DNA from: an uncultured Gemmatimonadales bacterium
Lineage (GTDB): Bacteria > Gemmatimonadota > Gemmatimonadetes > Longimicrobiales > RSA9
Direction of reading: 5' to 3'
Length of the DNA: 64,000 nt
NCBI GenBank assembly: GCA_963798845.1
Contig: CAWCUS010000006.1
Span: 1-64,000, forward strand
The notes beneath the pieces are model-generated. The model saw nothing but the letters and a program-made list of their open reading frames with translations, had not been told where the DNA came from and did not search any database. The position numbers and the translations under genes were made by a program. The stretch's first letter is position 1. Each line of letters begins with the position of its first letter. Below, piece by piece: positions 1 through 8,965 of this stretch.

Positions 1-1519
1 GTTCCTGATGGGACAGAATCCGGCTGTCGGGGGTCAGAACGCGGGCTTCCAGCGTGAGGCGCTGGGCCGGCTGAAGTGGCTGGTGGTGCGCGACTTCTTC
101 GAAGTGGAGTCGGCGAGCTTCTGGAAGGACTCGCCGGAGGTACGTGCCGGGGAGCTGTCGCCCGAAGAGATCGGGACGGAGGTGTTCCTCCTGCCCGCCG
201 CAGGCGTGCCGGAGAAGAACGGCTCCTTCACGAACACGCAGCGACTGATCCAGTGGCACCACAGGGCCATCGAGCCGCCGGGCGACTGCCGCAGCGAAAC
301 GTGGTTCGTGCACAAGCTGATGTCGCGGCTCAAGGCCGCGTACGCCGATTCGACGGCTGAGAGGGACGAGCCGATCCAGGCGCTGACGTGGGACTGGCCC
401 ACCCGCGAGCCCCACGGCGAGCCGGACGTGGCGTACGTGCTGCGCGAGATCAGCGGCTTCAAGTGGGCGGAGAGCTGGGAGGACCGGGAGCAGCTCGATT
501 CATACAAGCAGCTGAAGGACGACGGCTCCACCGCCTCCGGCTGCTGGATCTACTGCGGGGTCCACAACGGCCGCAACCGCGCGGCCAGCCGGGACAAGGG
601 GAACGCGTGGGTGGCCGAAGACTGGGGCTTCGCCTGGCCGGGCAACATCCGCATGCTGTACAACCGCTGCTCCGCCGACAAGAACGGCCAGCCCTGGTCG
701 GAGCGGAAGCGGTACCTCTGGTGGGATGCCGAGCAGGGGAAATGGGCCGGCTACGACAACCCGGACTTCGTGGAGGACAAGGCCCCGAGCTACCGCCCGC
801 CGGAGGACGCCGGAGGATTGGCCGCGATACCGGGCAATGCGCCCTTCATCCTGAAGCCCCACGGCAAGGCCTGGCTGTTCTTCCCGTTCGGGATGAAGGA
901 CGGCCCCATGCCGTCGCACTACGAGCCCTGGGAGACGCCGATACACAACCCGTTGTACCGGATCCACGAGCGCAACCCGGTGACCAACCGCTGGCCGCGG
1001 CCGGGCAATCCCTACCACGACGTGGCCGACCCGCGTTTCCCGCTCGTGCTCACCACGTATCGGCTGACGGAGCACCACACGGGCGGCGGGATGACTCGCT
1101 GGAACTCGTGGCTCGCGGAGCTCCAGCCGGCGGCCTTCGTCGAGATCAGCCCCGAGCTGGCCGAGGAGAAGGGCATCGCGCCGGGCGGCTGGGTCACCGT
1201 GGTCACGGCGCGAGGCGAGGCCGAGGCGCGGGCCATGATCACCCGTCGCATGAAGCCGCTGGTGGTGGCCGGTCGAACGGTTCACCAGGTGGGCTTCCCC
1301 TGGCACTTCGGCTACGGCGGGATCGCCACGGGCGGAACCGCCAACGACGTGGTCTCCATCGTGGCCGACCCGAACGTCACGATCCACGAGGGCAAGGTCC
1401 TCACATGCGACATCCGCCCCGGCCGCTCGCGGCAAGGCAGGAAGGCCGGGCGCGGCTTCACCCGGACGGGCGGGAACGGCGCCGACAGCGACGCGAGCAG
1501 GAAGGGAGGAAACCAGTGA
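1..1519 (+). CDS. Formate dehydrogenase catalytic (alpha) subunit, C-terminal part; truncated by the window edge
   Basis: FdnG/FdoG-type motifs GQNPAV, EKNGSFTNTQRLIQW, SGCWIYCG and WGFAWP.N.R.LYNR; C-terminal molybdopterin-dinucleotide-binding domain (LTTYRLTEHH...ELQP..FVEISPELA); followed by an Fe-S subunit. Confidence 0.93.
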   Translation, partial: FLMGQNPAVGGQNAGFQREALGRLKWLVVRDFFEVESASFWKDSPEVRAGELSPEEIGTEVFLLPAAGVPEKNGSFTNTQRLIQWHHRAIEPPGDCRSETWFVHKLMSRLKAAYADSTAERDEPIQALTWDWPTREPHGEPDVAYVLREISGFKWAESWEDREQLDSYKQLKDDGSTASGCWIYCGVHNGRNRAASRDKGNAWVAEDWGFAWPGNIRMLYNRCSADKNGQPWSERKRYLWWDAEQGKWAGYDNPDFVEDKAPSYRPPEDAGGLAAIPGNAPFILKPHGKAWLFFPFGMKDGPMPSHYEPWETPIHNPLYRIHERNPVTNRWPRPGNPYHDVADPRFPLVLTTYRLTEHHTGGGMTRWNSWLAELQPAAFVEISPELAEEKGIAPGGWVTVVTARGEAEARAMITRRMKPLVVAGRTVHQVGFPWHFGYGGIATGGTANDVVSIVADPNVTIHEGKVLTCDIRPGRSRQGRKAGRGFTRTGGNGADSDASRKGGNQ

Positions 1520-2778
1520 ACACGCCGTTCGACGAGTACGTTCGGGGCGAGCGCCCGGACGGCCGCGCCTACGTGGGCGCGCCGCCCCACGCTGCCGCCT
1601 GGGACGTGGAGGCCGTGGTGCCGCTGCTCCAGGAAGCGCAGCGCACGGCGGGCGTCACCATCGAGCCGGGGCGCGCCTACGGGTTCTTCACCGACACCAC
1701 GCTGTGCATCGGGTGCAAGGCGTGCGAGGTGGCGTGCAAGCAGTGGAACCAGCTGCCGGCCGAACCGCCGCACCTCACCGCCCTCTCTTACGACAACACG
1801 CGCTCGTTCTCCGCCACCACGTGGCGGCACGTGCGCTTCATCGAGCAGATGGAGCCGGGCCGCTTCGGAGGCACGAAGGGAACGAAGGGAACGGAGGGCA
1901 CGAAGCGGTCGCCGGCGGGCGCCGACTCTTCCGCGGGCGCCGGTTCTTCCGGCAATGGCCATGTCCGCGGGCACTTCTACGGCGGCGGCCACCGCGGGGA
2001 GCTGCCGCAGCCCCGCGCGGCCGGGCTGGAAGGGCGGGAAACGGAGGTGGTCGGACGGGACCAGCTGCGGCTGGACGAGCCGGCGGGCGGGGCGACCCGG
2101 TCGGCGGCGTGGGCGAGGTCGCACATCCCGGCGTCGTTCGAGCCGTGGGGGAACCTGACGAGCAGCGAAGAGTGGGCGGACCCCGCGTCGCGCTGGCTGC
2201 TCATGAGCGACGTGTGCAAGCACTGCGTCCACGCGCCGTGCATGGAAGCGTGCCCCACCGGATCGCTGATCCGGACGGAGTTCGACAGCGTGTTCGTGCA
2301 GCAGGACGTGTGCAACGGCTGCGGCTACTGCCAGAGTGCGTGCCCGTTCGGCGTGATCGAGGTGGACAAGAAGGGCGACGGGAAGGCCCACAAGTGCACG
2401 CTCTGCTACGACCGGCTGAAAGACGGGCTCGAGCCGGCGTGCGCGAAGGCGTGCCCGACCGACTCCATCCAGTTCGGGGCCGTGGAGGACCTGCTGCAGC
2501 GCGCCCGCGTGCGCGTGGCCGAGCTCCGGGAGCGCGGCATTCCCGCGTACCTGTACGGCAGCGGCGGCGCCCTCGAGGACGACTGCGACACTTCGGACCT
2601 CGGCGGCCTCAACTGCTTCTTCCTGCTCGTGGATCGGCCAGAGGTCTACAACCTCCCTCCCATCGCGAAGCGGCCGTCGCACCGGACGGCGCCGGACCTG
2701 GCGTCCGGGCTGCTCACAGCCGCCGCCCTCACCGCGGCCACGTTCCTTGCCATGCGCGGAAAGGGAGAGGACGGATGA
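1516..2778 (+). CDS. Formate dehydrogenase Fe-S (beta) subunit, 4x[4Fe-4S], with a long internal insertion
   Basis: GTG start overlaps the alpha stop (GTGA) after a GGAGG RBS. Motifs DTTLCIGCKACEVACKQWN, CKHC...CMEACP, CNGCGYCQSACP and KCTLCYDR...PACAKACP; C-terminal hydrophobic helix. Confidence 0.92.
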   Translation: MNTPFDEYVRGERPDGRAYVGAPPHAAAWDVEAVVPLLQEAQRTAGVTIEPGRAYGFFTDTTLCIGCKACEVACKQWNQLPAEPPHLTALSYDNTRSFSATTWRHVRFIEQMEPGRFGGTKGTKGTEGTKRSPAGADSSAGAGSSGNGHVRGHFYGGGHRGELPQPRAAGLEGRETEVVGRDQLRLDEPAGGATRSAAWARSHIPASFEPWGNLTSSEEWADPASRWLLMSDVCKHCVHAPCMEACPTGSLIRTEFDSVFVQQDVCNGCGYCQSACPFGVIEVDKKGDGKAHKCTLCYDRLKDGLEPACAKACPTDSIQFGAVEDLLQRARVRVAELRERGIPAYLYGSGGALEDDCDTSDLGGLNCFFLLVDRPEVYNLPPIAKRPSHRTAPDLASGLLTAAALTAATFLAMRGKGEDG

Positions 2779-2827
2779 GCGCGCGCGGCGGCCGAGCCGG
2801 ACGGACCGCGGCGGGAGGAGGCGTCGC

Positions 2828-4069
2828 ATGAGGGAGACGCGCTGGGGAAGCAAGGTGCCATACGGGAAGCGGTCCATCGGACGGCTCCGGGTCCGCGACC
2901 GCGAGACGGACGCGCAGGTGACGGACGTGGGCCGATCGGGACCCATGGCGGGGAGCGACCACGCCACCTACCACGGCGTTCCCCCCGTGAAGCCGGCGCC
3001 GTTCGAGATCCCGTACATCCCGCTCTATTTCTGGGTGGGCGGGATCGCCGCGGGCAGCTGGCTGGCCGTGACCGCAGAGATTTGGACCGGCGACGACGAC
3101 CGGACGGTCGTCCGCGCCGGGCGCTTCGTTACCCTCGGATCCGTCCTCGCCGGGACCGGGCTCCTCATCACCGACCTGGGCAGGCCGGAGCGTTTCCTGA
3201 ACATGCTCCGCGTCTTCCGCTCGCGCTCCCCGATGAGCCTCGGGTCCTGGGCGCTGTCCACGTTCGGCGCATGCGCCGGTGCGGCCGCGCTCGTTCAAGC
3301 GGCGGAGGACGGCTGGCTCGGACGCGGCGCAGCGGCGCGCGGGCTCGCCGCGCTCTCCCGCGACGGGGCGGGACGCACGCTCCACCTCGCAGCCCTCCCC
3401 GCCGCACTCTTCGTGGGCAGCTACACGGGCGTGCTCCTCTCCGCGACGTCGACGCCGAGCTGGGCCACGCGCGCGGGGACGCTGTCCCGGCTGTTCGTGG
3501 CTTCCGCCACGTCCAGCGGGCTGGCCGCAGTGTCCGCTGCCCTCGAGCTCACGGGCGGCACACGCCCATCGACCGCCGGCCGTCTCGCCCGCGCCCAGGC
3601 CGCCAGCCTGGCCGCCGAGGGGGCGCTGCACCTGCTCGATGAGCGGAAGGCGAAGCGGGTCCCCTCGTTCCACGAGGCCGGTGCGGGGGACCGGGCGCTC
3701 CGGCTCGGCACCCTGGTGGCCGGCATCGCCGTGCCACTCGCCCTGAACGCGCTGGAAGCAAGGCGCTCGCCTGCGGAAGCGGAGGAGCACGCGGCCACCG
3801 GCGACGCGGCGGGCGGGGGATCTCGCCCGCGCCGCCGCTCCGTGACACGGCTCGTCGCCGCAGGCCTGGCGCTCGCCGGCAGCCTCGCGCTCCGCTTCAC
3901 GACCGTGAAGCAGGGCGACCGCTCCGCGAACACGCCGGAGGACACGTGGGCATATGCCGGGAACGGAGCCCGGACGAGGAACGGGGGCACCCCGGACGCC
4001 GGGGAACGCCCGAGCGCGCCGGCGCGCCTGACCGCGGCGGCGAAGGAGGATCGGAATGCCGAACCGTAA
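2828..4069 (+). CDS. NrfD/PsrC-family membrane anchor subunit
   Basis: Motifs IPLYFWVGGIAAGS, LITDLGRPERFLNML, SPMSLGSW and YTGVLLSAT..P.W; multiple TM helices; GGAGGAGG RBS before ATG 2828. Confidence 0.88.
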   Translation: MRETRWGSKVPYGKRSIGRLRVRDRETDAQVTDVGRSGPMAGSDHATYHGVPPVKPAPFEIPYIPLYFWVGGIAAGSWLAVTAEIWTGDDDRTVVRAGRFVTLGSVLAGTGLLITDLGRPERFLNMLRVFRSRSPMSLGSWALSTFGACAGAAALVQAAEDGWLGRGAAARGLAALSRDGAGRTLHLAALPAALFVGSYTGVLLSATSTPSWATRAGTLSRLFVASATSSGLAAVSAALELTGGTRPSTAGRLARAQAASLAAEGALHLLDERKAKRVPSFHEAGAGDRALRLGTLVAGIAVPLALNALEARRSPAEAEEHAATGDAAGGGSRPRRRSVTRLVAAGLALAGSLALRFTTVKQGDRSANTPEDTWAYAGNGARTRNGGTPDAGERPSAPARLTAAAKEDRNAEP

Positions 4070-4325
4070 ACGCAGCCGGTACAGCGCCCCGCCTCCCCCG
4101 CCGCCGCCGCGTGAGGGGACGCTCGAAGGGCGGATCAGCATCGTGCAGGAAGACCGGTTCCGTCTCATGGATGACGCCGGCCGCGGCTACCTGTTCGTCA
4201 CCCGAAAGCGGGCCGCGTCGCTCGAGGACCTGGAGGGATGGCGCGATACGCGAACGCGTGTGGCAGTGAGCTTCCACGGTGTCCCGGACATCGGTGCGCT
4301 GGCGACCCGGATCCGCCTTGCCTGA
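4056..4325 (+). CDS. Small hypothetical protein (89 aa), last gene of the fdh operon
   Basis: Overlaps the NrfD 3' end; AAGGAGG RBS; Pro-rich N-terminus followed by a beta-rich globular sequence. Confidence 0.7.
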   Translation: MPNRKRSRYSAPPPPPPPREGTLEGRISIVQEDRFRLMDDAGRGYLFVTRKRAASLEDLEGWRDTRTRVAVSFHGVPDIGALATRIRLA

Positions 4326-4401
4326 CGCTGGGCGTACGACCCGCTCGCACGGAGCTCGGGGACTCGGCGTGCACGGGCAGTAACGAGCCGGGCCGGGTCG
4401 G

Positions 4402-5838
4402 TCAGCCGGAACGCCGCGCCGTCTGGCGCCGGAGCACGGACCGTGCCCCGTAGTACCCGCACATGCCGTGCACTGCGCCGCCGGGGGGCGTGGCGGCGGA
4501 GCAGAGCCAGAGTCCCTTCGCCGGCGTGGCGTAGGGATCGAGCTTCGGGACAGGGCGGAAGAGGAACTGGATCACGTCCTGTACCCCTCCGTTGATGTCG
4601 CCGCCCACCAGATTGGCGTCGTGGTCCTCGAGCTGGCGAGTGTTCAAGGTGCTGCGCGCCAGGATCGTGTCGCGGAAGCCGGGGGCGAAGCGCTCGACCT
4701 GCCGCTCGATGGCGGCGGTCATGTCCACGATCGACCCGTGGGGGACGTGGCAGTACGCCCACGCCGTGTGCTTCCCATCGGGCGCCCGCGAGTGGTCGAA
4801 CAGCGACGGCTGCGCCAGCAGGACGAACGGCGAAGTGTCTTCGCGGCCGTTCCAGGCTGCGTCGGCCGAGTCCGCGATGGCCTCGGCGCTCCCGCCGAGG
4901 TGGAGCGTGCCGGCTCGGCGGCACCCCTCGGCGATCCAGGGGATGGGCTCCGAGAGCGCCCAGTCCACCTTGAATACGCCGGGCGCGTAGCGGTAGCGCT
5001 CCAGGCCGCGACGATAGCGCGGGGGCAGCCGGTGCCCGGCCACGCGCAGGACCTGGCGGGGGGTCAGGTCGAGAAGCGTGGCGCGCGCCGCCGGGAGGGC
5101 CGAGAGATGCTCCACCCGATACCCCGTGACGATCCGCCCTCCGTTGTCGCGGAGCACCCCGGCCAGCGCGTCGGCGATGGCCTGGGACCCGCCGCGGGCG
5201 ACCGGCCATCCGGCCCCGTGACCGGCCAGCGCGAGCACGATCCCGAACGCCGCCGATGGGGAGCGGTCCATGGGCAGGAGAGTGTGGGCGGCGATGCCGA
5301 CGAAGAACGCCCGGGCGGTGTCGCCGGAGAACATGCGCCGGGCGAGGCCCATGGCGGACTGAAAGCCCAGGAGCCCGAGCCGCGCCATGAGGAACGGGTG
5401 CCCGGGGAGGTGTATCGGCGGCGCGAGCGCGTCGTCGAGGAGCCCCTGCCATTGCCGCACGAAGGGATCCAGGAGCCGCTGGTACGCGCGGGCGTCCGGA
5501 CCCAGCGTCGCCCCGGTCCCGGCGGTCGACGGGAGCAGGAGCGCGGCCGTGCCATCGTCGAAGGGGTGCGCCATGAGCACGGGCGGGTGGATCCATTCCA
5601 GCCCGCGTTCGACCAGCGGCAGCCGCCGGAAGAACGGCGACCCCGCGCCCATGGGGTGCACCGCCGAGCAGACGTCGTGACGGAAGCCCGGGAGGGTGAG
5701 CGCTTCCGTCCGCGTTCCGCCCCCGATACGCTCCGCCGCTTCGTACACCACCACGTCACGGCCCGCCCGCGCCAGCGCGACGGCCGCGGCCAGCCCGTTC
5801 GGCCCCGCGCCGACGACGACTACGTCCGCTTCCGCCAC
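4402..5838 (-). CDS. Phytoene desaturase-like NAD(P)/FAD-dependent oxidoreductase
   Basis: Rossmann motif VVVGAGPNGLAAA, HDVCSAVHP and C-terminal TPPGGAVHGMCG; GTG start inferred, overlapping the upstream gene end. Confidence 0.88.
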   Translation of the reverse strand: MAEADVVVVGAGPNGLAAAVALARAGRDVVVYEAAERIGGGTRTEALTLPGFRHDVCSAVHPMGAGSPFFRRLPLVERGLEWIHPPVLMAHPFDDGTAALLLPSTAGTGATLGPDARAYQRLLDPFVRQWQGLLDDALAPPIHLPGHPFLMARLGLLGFQSAMGLARRMFSGDTARAFFVGIAAHTLLPMDRSPSAAFGIVLALAGHGAGWPVARGGSQAIADALAGVLRDNGGRIVTGYRVEHLSALPAARATLLDLTPRQVLRVAGHRLPPRYRRGLERYRYAPGVFKVDWALSEPIPWIAEGCRRAGTLHLGGSAEAIADSADAAWNGREDTSPFVLLAQPSLFDHSRAPDGKHTAWAYCHVPHGSIVDMTAAIERQVERFAPGFRDTILARSTLNTRQLEDHDANLVGGDINGGVQDVIQFLFRPVPKLDPYATPAKGLWLCSAATPPGGAVHGMCGYYGARSVLRRQTARRSG

Positions 5839-6335
5839 GCGCGCTTCGCCTGCTCTCGCAGCGTCCGATGCGGACCCAGCCCGTAGACGAGGGCGGTGGT
5901 CAGCCCGAATACCAGGGGCGCCGTGACCAGCACGGCCTCCATCCGCCACGGCCGATCCCGCGGGTGATCCTCCGTGCCCGTGATCACGGCCGCGCCCCAG
6001 CGCGGAAACGTGAGCAGGTGGATGGCGGCGGAGAGCACCGCACCTCCGAGCCACGGGCTCACCGGCTTCCGCTCGTACGCCAGCGCGTACGCCGCTCCCC
6101 ACACCGCGGCGTAGGAGAAGTGGAACGCGCTCGCCGCCAGCCACTTCGTGTCCTCGGGCAGCGGTCGCTTCAGTCTCTTCGCGACCGACTCGATGAGCCG
6201 CGGCCCGATGTCCGCCGACTCACGTTCTCGCAGGAAGAGCCGCTCTTCCAGCTTCGGCACCAGAACCTGCGGGACGCCTGCGATGAGGCCCGCTTCCACC
6301 CCCCGGCGCAGCACCTCGACCGTGCGCGCTTTCAT
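5820..6335 (-). CDS. Hypothetical membrane protein
   Basis: MKARTVEV... ORF with several hydrophobic helices and a HFSYAAVWGAAY motif; overlaps the start of the downstream oxidoreductase. Confidence 0.75.
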   Translation of the reverse strand: MKARTVEVLRRGVEAGLIAGVPQVLVPKLEERLFLRERESADIGPRLIESVAKRLKRPLPEDTKWLAASAFHFSYAAVWGAAYALAYERKPVSPWLGGAVLSAAIHLLTFPRWGAAVITGTEDHPRDRPWRMEAVLVTAPLVFGLTTALVYGLGPHRTLREQAKRAWRKRT

Positions 6336-6534
6336 GTTCGCTCCCGGTTCGTGGTCCCGTGCGAGCGCGCAAGAGCGGGACCGGACCGCCGGCAACGTCC
6401 AGGGCACGCCGGCTGCGGTCCACCGCAGCCGGCGGCGTCGAAGTCGTTCTGGCCCCGGGCGCAGCTTGGGACACACCGGCCGGCACGGGTCTTCCATCCG
6501 CCGCGCGAGTGCCCGCATTACGAGTAATCAGCCC

Positions 6535-7353
6535 ATGAACATCGATCTCGCAGGAAGAAGGGTCCTGGTCACCGGAGGCAACTCCGGGATCGGGCGGGCC
6601 GTGGCCGAAGCCTTCGGTGCCTCCGGCGCACGCGTCGCCGTCAACTACGTCGCCCATCCCGAGGCCGCCGAAGCCGTGGCCGCCAGCCTCCTGGCGCGGG
6701 CGGCCGCGGAGCCGGGGAGCCCGGTCGAGCCGGGGGCCGCCGACGCGATGGCCGTGGAGGCGGACGTCTCCGATCCGCAGGCGGTGGAGGCGATGTTCGC
6801 CGCCATCGACGAGCGCTGGGGCGGGGTCGACGTGCTCGTGAACAACGCCGGGATCGACGGGCGGCGGATGCTGAGCTGGGAGGCCGACCTGGCGACCTGG
6901 CGGCGCGTCATCGAGGTGGACCTGGTGGGCGCCTTCCTGTGCGCCCGCGAGGCGCTCCGTCGCATGGTGCCGCGCGGCGCCGGCGTCGTGCTCAACATCA
7001 CCTCGGTGCACGAGGTGATTCCGTGGACCGGATACAGCGCCTACACGGCCGCGAAGGCGGGACTCGGCATGCTGACCCGGACCCTCGCGCAGGAGGCGGC
7101 CCCCCACGGCGTCCGCGTGCTCGCCCTCGCGCCCGGCGCCGTCCAGACGGCCATCAACAAGGCCGTGTGGAGCGACGAGAAGATGAACCGGGACCTGCTC
7201 GACAAGATCCCGCTCAACCGCATCGGCCAGCCGGAAGAGATCGCACGCATGGCCGTGATCCTCGCCTCGGACGCCGCCAGCTACGTCACCGGCTCCACCG
7301 TATTCGTGGACGGCGCCATGACCGACTATCCCGACTTCGGACACGGCGGCTGA
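6535..7353 (+). CDS. Short-chain dehydrogenase/reductase (glucose 1-dehydrogenase-like)
   Basis: TGGNSGIG, NNAG, TSVHE.IPW, catalytic YTAAK and PGA..T.IN motifs. Confidence 0.92.
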   Translation: MNIDLAGRRVLVTGGNSGIGRAVAEAFGASGARVAVNYVAHPEAAEAVAASLLARAAAEPGSPVEPGAADAMAVEADVSDPQAVEAMFAAIDERWGGVDVLVNNAGIDGRRMLSWEADLATWRRVIEVDLVGAFLCAREALRRMVPRGAGVVLNITSVHEVIPWTGYSAYTAAKAGLGMLTRTLAQEAAPHGVRVLALAPGAVQTAINKAVWSDEKMNRDLLDKIPLNRIGQPEEIARMAVILASDAASYVTGSTVFVDGAMTDYPDFGHGG

Positions 7354-7359
7354 AGCCCG

Positions 7360-7382
7360 GCCGCTTCGCCCGGCGAAGCGGC
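7360..7382. terminator. Inverted repeat between convergent genes (possible terminator)
   Basis: GCCGCTTCGCC-C-GGCGAAGCGGC is a perfect 11-bp inverted repeat just after the SDR stop; no U-tract. Confidence 0.45.
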
Positions 7383-7434
7383 AGCGGGCGGGCCGCTCCG
7401 CCAGGGCGCGAGAGGGCCCGTCCTTCCGCTCCGG

Positions 7435-7824
7435 TCACCCGGCGCGAGTCGCCATGGAGCGGCGCCGGTACCACGTCCGGAGCGCGAACCACAGCAGCGC
7501 GGCCACCGTGAAGATCATGAGCCCGAAGAGCGTCGTGGTGAGCGCCACCTTGATGCCGCCCCACACCAGGCTGGCGGAAACGTCGCCCGCCGCTTCGATG
7601 GCGCCCGCCGCCTGGTACACGCCCACGAACGTTCCCAGGAGCCCGAGCAGCAGCGCCCACCCGCCCCAGAAGAGCGTGGCATCGATCCCGGTCTCGAGCA
7701 CAGGATCAGGCCCGGACACCGCCGGCAGCCTGTACGCGCTCCACGCCGCCAGCCCGAGCGTGAGCACCCCCACCACGACGAGCGGGTACATCATGTACCC
7801 GCCGGCGGCGATGTAATCGGTCAT
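7435..7824 (-). CDS. Small MotA/TolQ/ExbB-like 3-TM protein
   Basis: GG.MMYPL first helix, LLGLLGTFVG and GGIKVALTTTLFGL match the MotA/ExbB channel helices; the large cytoplasmic loop is absent. Confidence 0.8.
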   Translation of the reverse strand: MTDYIAAGGYMMYPLVVVGVLTLGLAAWSAYRLPAVSGPDPVLETGIDATLFWGGWALLLGLLGTFVGVYQAAGAIEAAGDVSASLVWGGIKVALTTTLFGLMIFTVAALLWFALRTWYRRRSMATRAG

Positions 7825-8582
7825 TGCACTCCCCCTTCCTCCTGCGAGAACCCCAGTGCGGCGGCTTGGAGTCGCTCGATCCCGGCGATCCGCACCGCCG
7901 CCAGCAGCCAGAACAACCCGGCACTGGCGGCCGTGAGCAGCGCGGCGCACATCAACGCCGAGCTCCGTCGCAGCCACGCCAGCACTTCCGGCGACTGCAC
8001 GCCGCCCGCCGCGCCCAGTCGCCCCGCAGCGCCGTACAGGTCCGCCACCACCCCGCCGAAGCCCACCACCAGCGCCGCAACGCCGAGCGCCACAAGCAGC
8101 GGCAGCCCGCGTCGGAGACGCGCACGGCCGTGCGGCGCCATAGCGAACAGCTGAAACAGCTTCGACCCGCCCGCCGTGACCACCAGCACTGCCACCGTCA
8201 GCACCACCCACAGCCACGGGGAGCGCAACGCAACGAGGTCGAGACCCCGCAGCGCGCCCAGACCCGACCCGAGCGCCACCAGCGCCAGAAGCCCCAGGAG
8301 CAGCCGCTCCGCCCGGCGCCGACCCGGCTCGGAGAAACGGTCGGCCAGCCTCTGGTACAGCGGGCGGTGCACTCCCCTCAGCTCCAACCCCACTTCCGCC
8401 GACGGGAGCAGCACGTCCAGGGCGCGCGTCCGCGCCTCTTCCTCCTCAATGCCTTCAGCACGGAGCGCCGCCGCCATCGCCTCCAGGTCCGAGCGCAGCT
8501 CGAGCAGCGTCCGCGAGCGCACGGGCTCCGGAAGGTCCAGCTCCGCCGCGACCGCCTTCAGCTCCGCCTCGAACCCCCTCAC
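7821..8582 (-). CDS. Membrane protein with an N-terminal helical HAAS/permease-prefix-like domain and a C-terminal ExbB-like TM region
   Basis: N-terminus 'LLELRSDLE.....LRAEGIEEEEARTRAL' resembles PadR-partner helical domains; four TM segments; 4-bp stop/start overlaps with both neighbours. Confidence 0.72.
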   Translation of the reverse strand: MRGFEAELKAVAAELDLPEPVRSRTLLELRSDLEAMAAALRAEGIEEEEARTRALDVLLPSAEVGLELRGVHRPLYQRLADRFSEPGRRRAERLLLGLLALVALGSGLGALRGLDLVALRSPWLWVVLTVAVLVVTAGGSKLFQLFAMAPHGRARLRRGLPLLVALGVAALVVGFGGVVADLYGAAGRLGAAGGVQSPEVLAWLRRSSALMCAALLTAASAGLFWLLAAVRIAGIERLQAAALGFSQEEGGVQ

Positions 8583-8905
8583 GCGTCGCCTCCCACCAGC
8601 CGCATCAGCGCTCCGAACGCCACCTCGATCTCCCGAGCCTGACCCCCCAGCTGCGCCCGCCCGGCCGCCGTCAGCTCGTACACCTTCCTGCGACGGCCCC
8701 CGTCCGCTTTCCAACGCCCCCGGATCCGGCCCTCCCGCTCCAGCCGGTGCAGGATCGGATACAACGTCCCGTGCTGGAACTCGTACACGCCCGCGGTCTC
8801 CCGTTCCACGTCCAGCGCGATCTGGTACCCGTGCTTCGGCCCCGCCCGCAACACCGCCAGGATCAGCACTTCGTGAATCGTCCGTCCGAGCGCCTGGATC
8901 TCCAC
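8579..8905 (-). CDS. PadR-family transcriptional regulator
   Basis: Motifs LILAVL..GPKHGYQI, GTLYPILHRLE.EG.I and RRKVYELT..GR; start codon uncertain. Confidence 0.92.
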   Translation of the reverse strand: MEIQALGRTIHEVLILAVLRAGPKHGYQIALDVERETAGVYEFQHGTLYPILHRLEREGRIRGRWKADGGRRRKVYELTAAGRAQLGGQAREIEVAFGALMRLVGGDA

Positions 8906-8941
8906 CTCGGCCTTCGCATCCGGGAACGCATGTGTCGACCA

Positions 8942-8965
8942 GCTATATATAGCAAGTCTATACAT
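8942..8965. promoter_or_regulatory. Candidate PadR autoregulatory operator
   Basis: AT-rich island with palindrome GCTATATATAGC (8942-8953) and inverted repeat ATATATAG-N5-CTATACAT (8945-8965), about 40 bp upstream of padR. Confidence 0.55.

Noticed and set aside
388..1515. N-terminal extension of the 796-aa ORF
   Set aside because: It is a shadow frame over the FDH alpha gene; the real beta subunit starts at GTG 1516.
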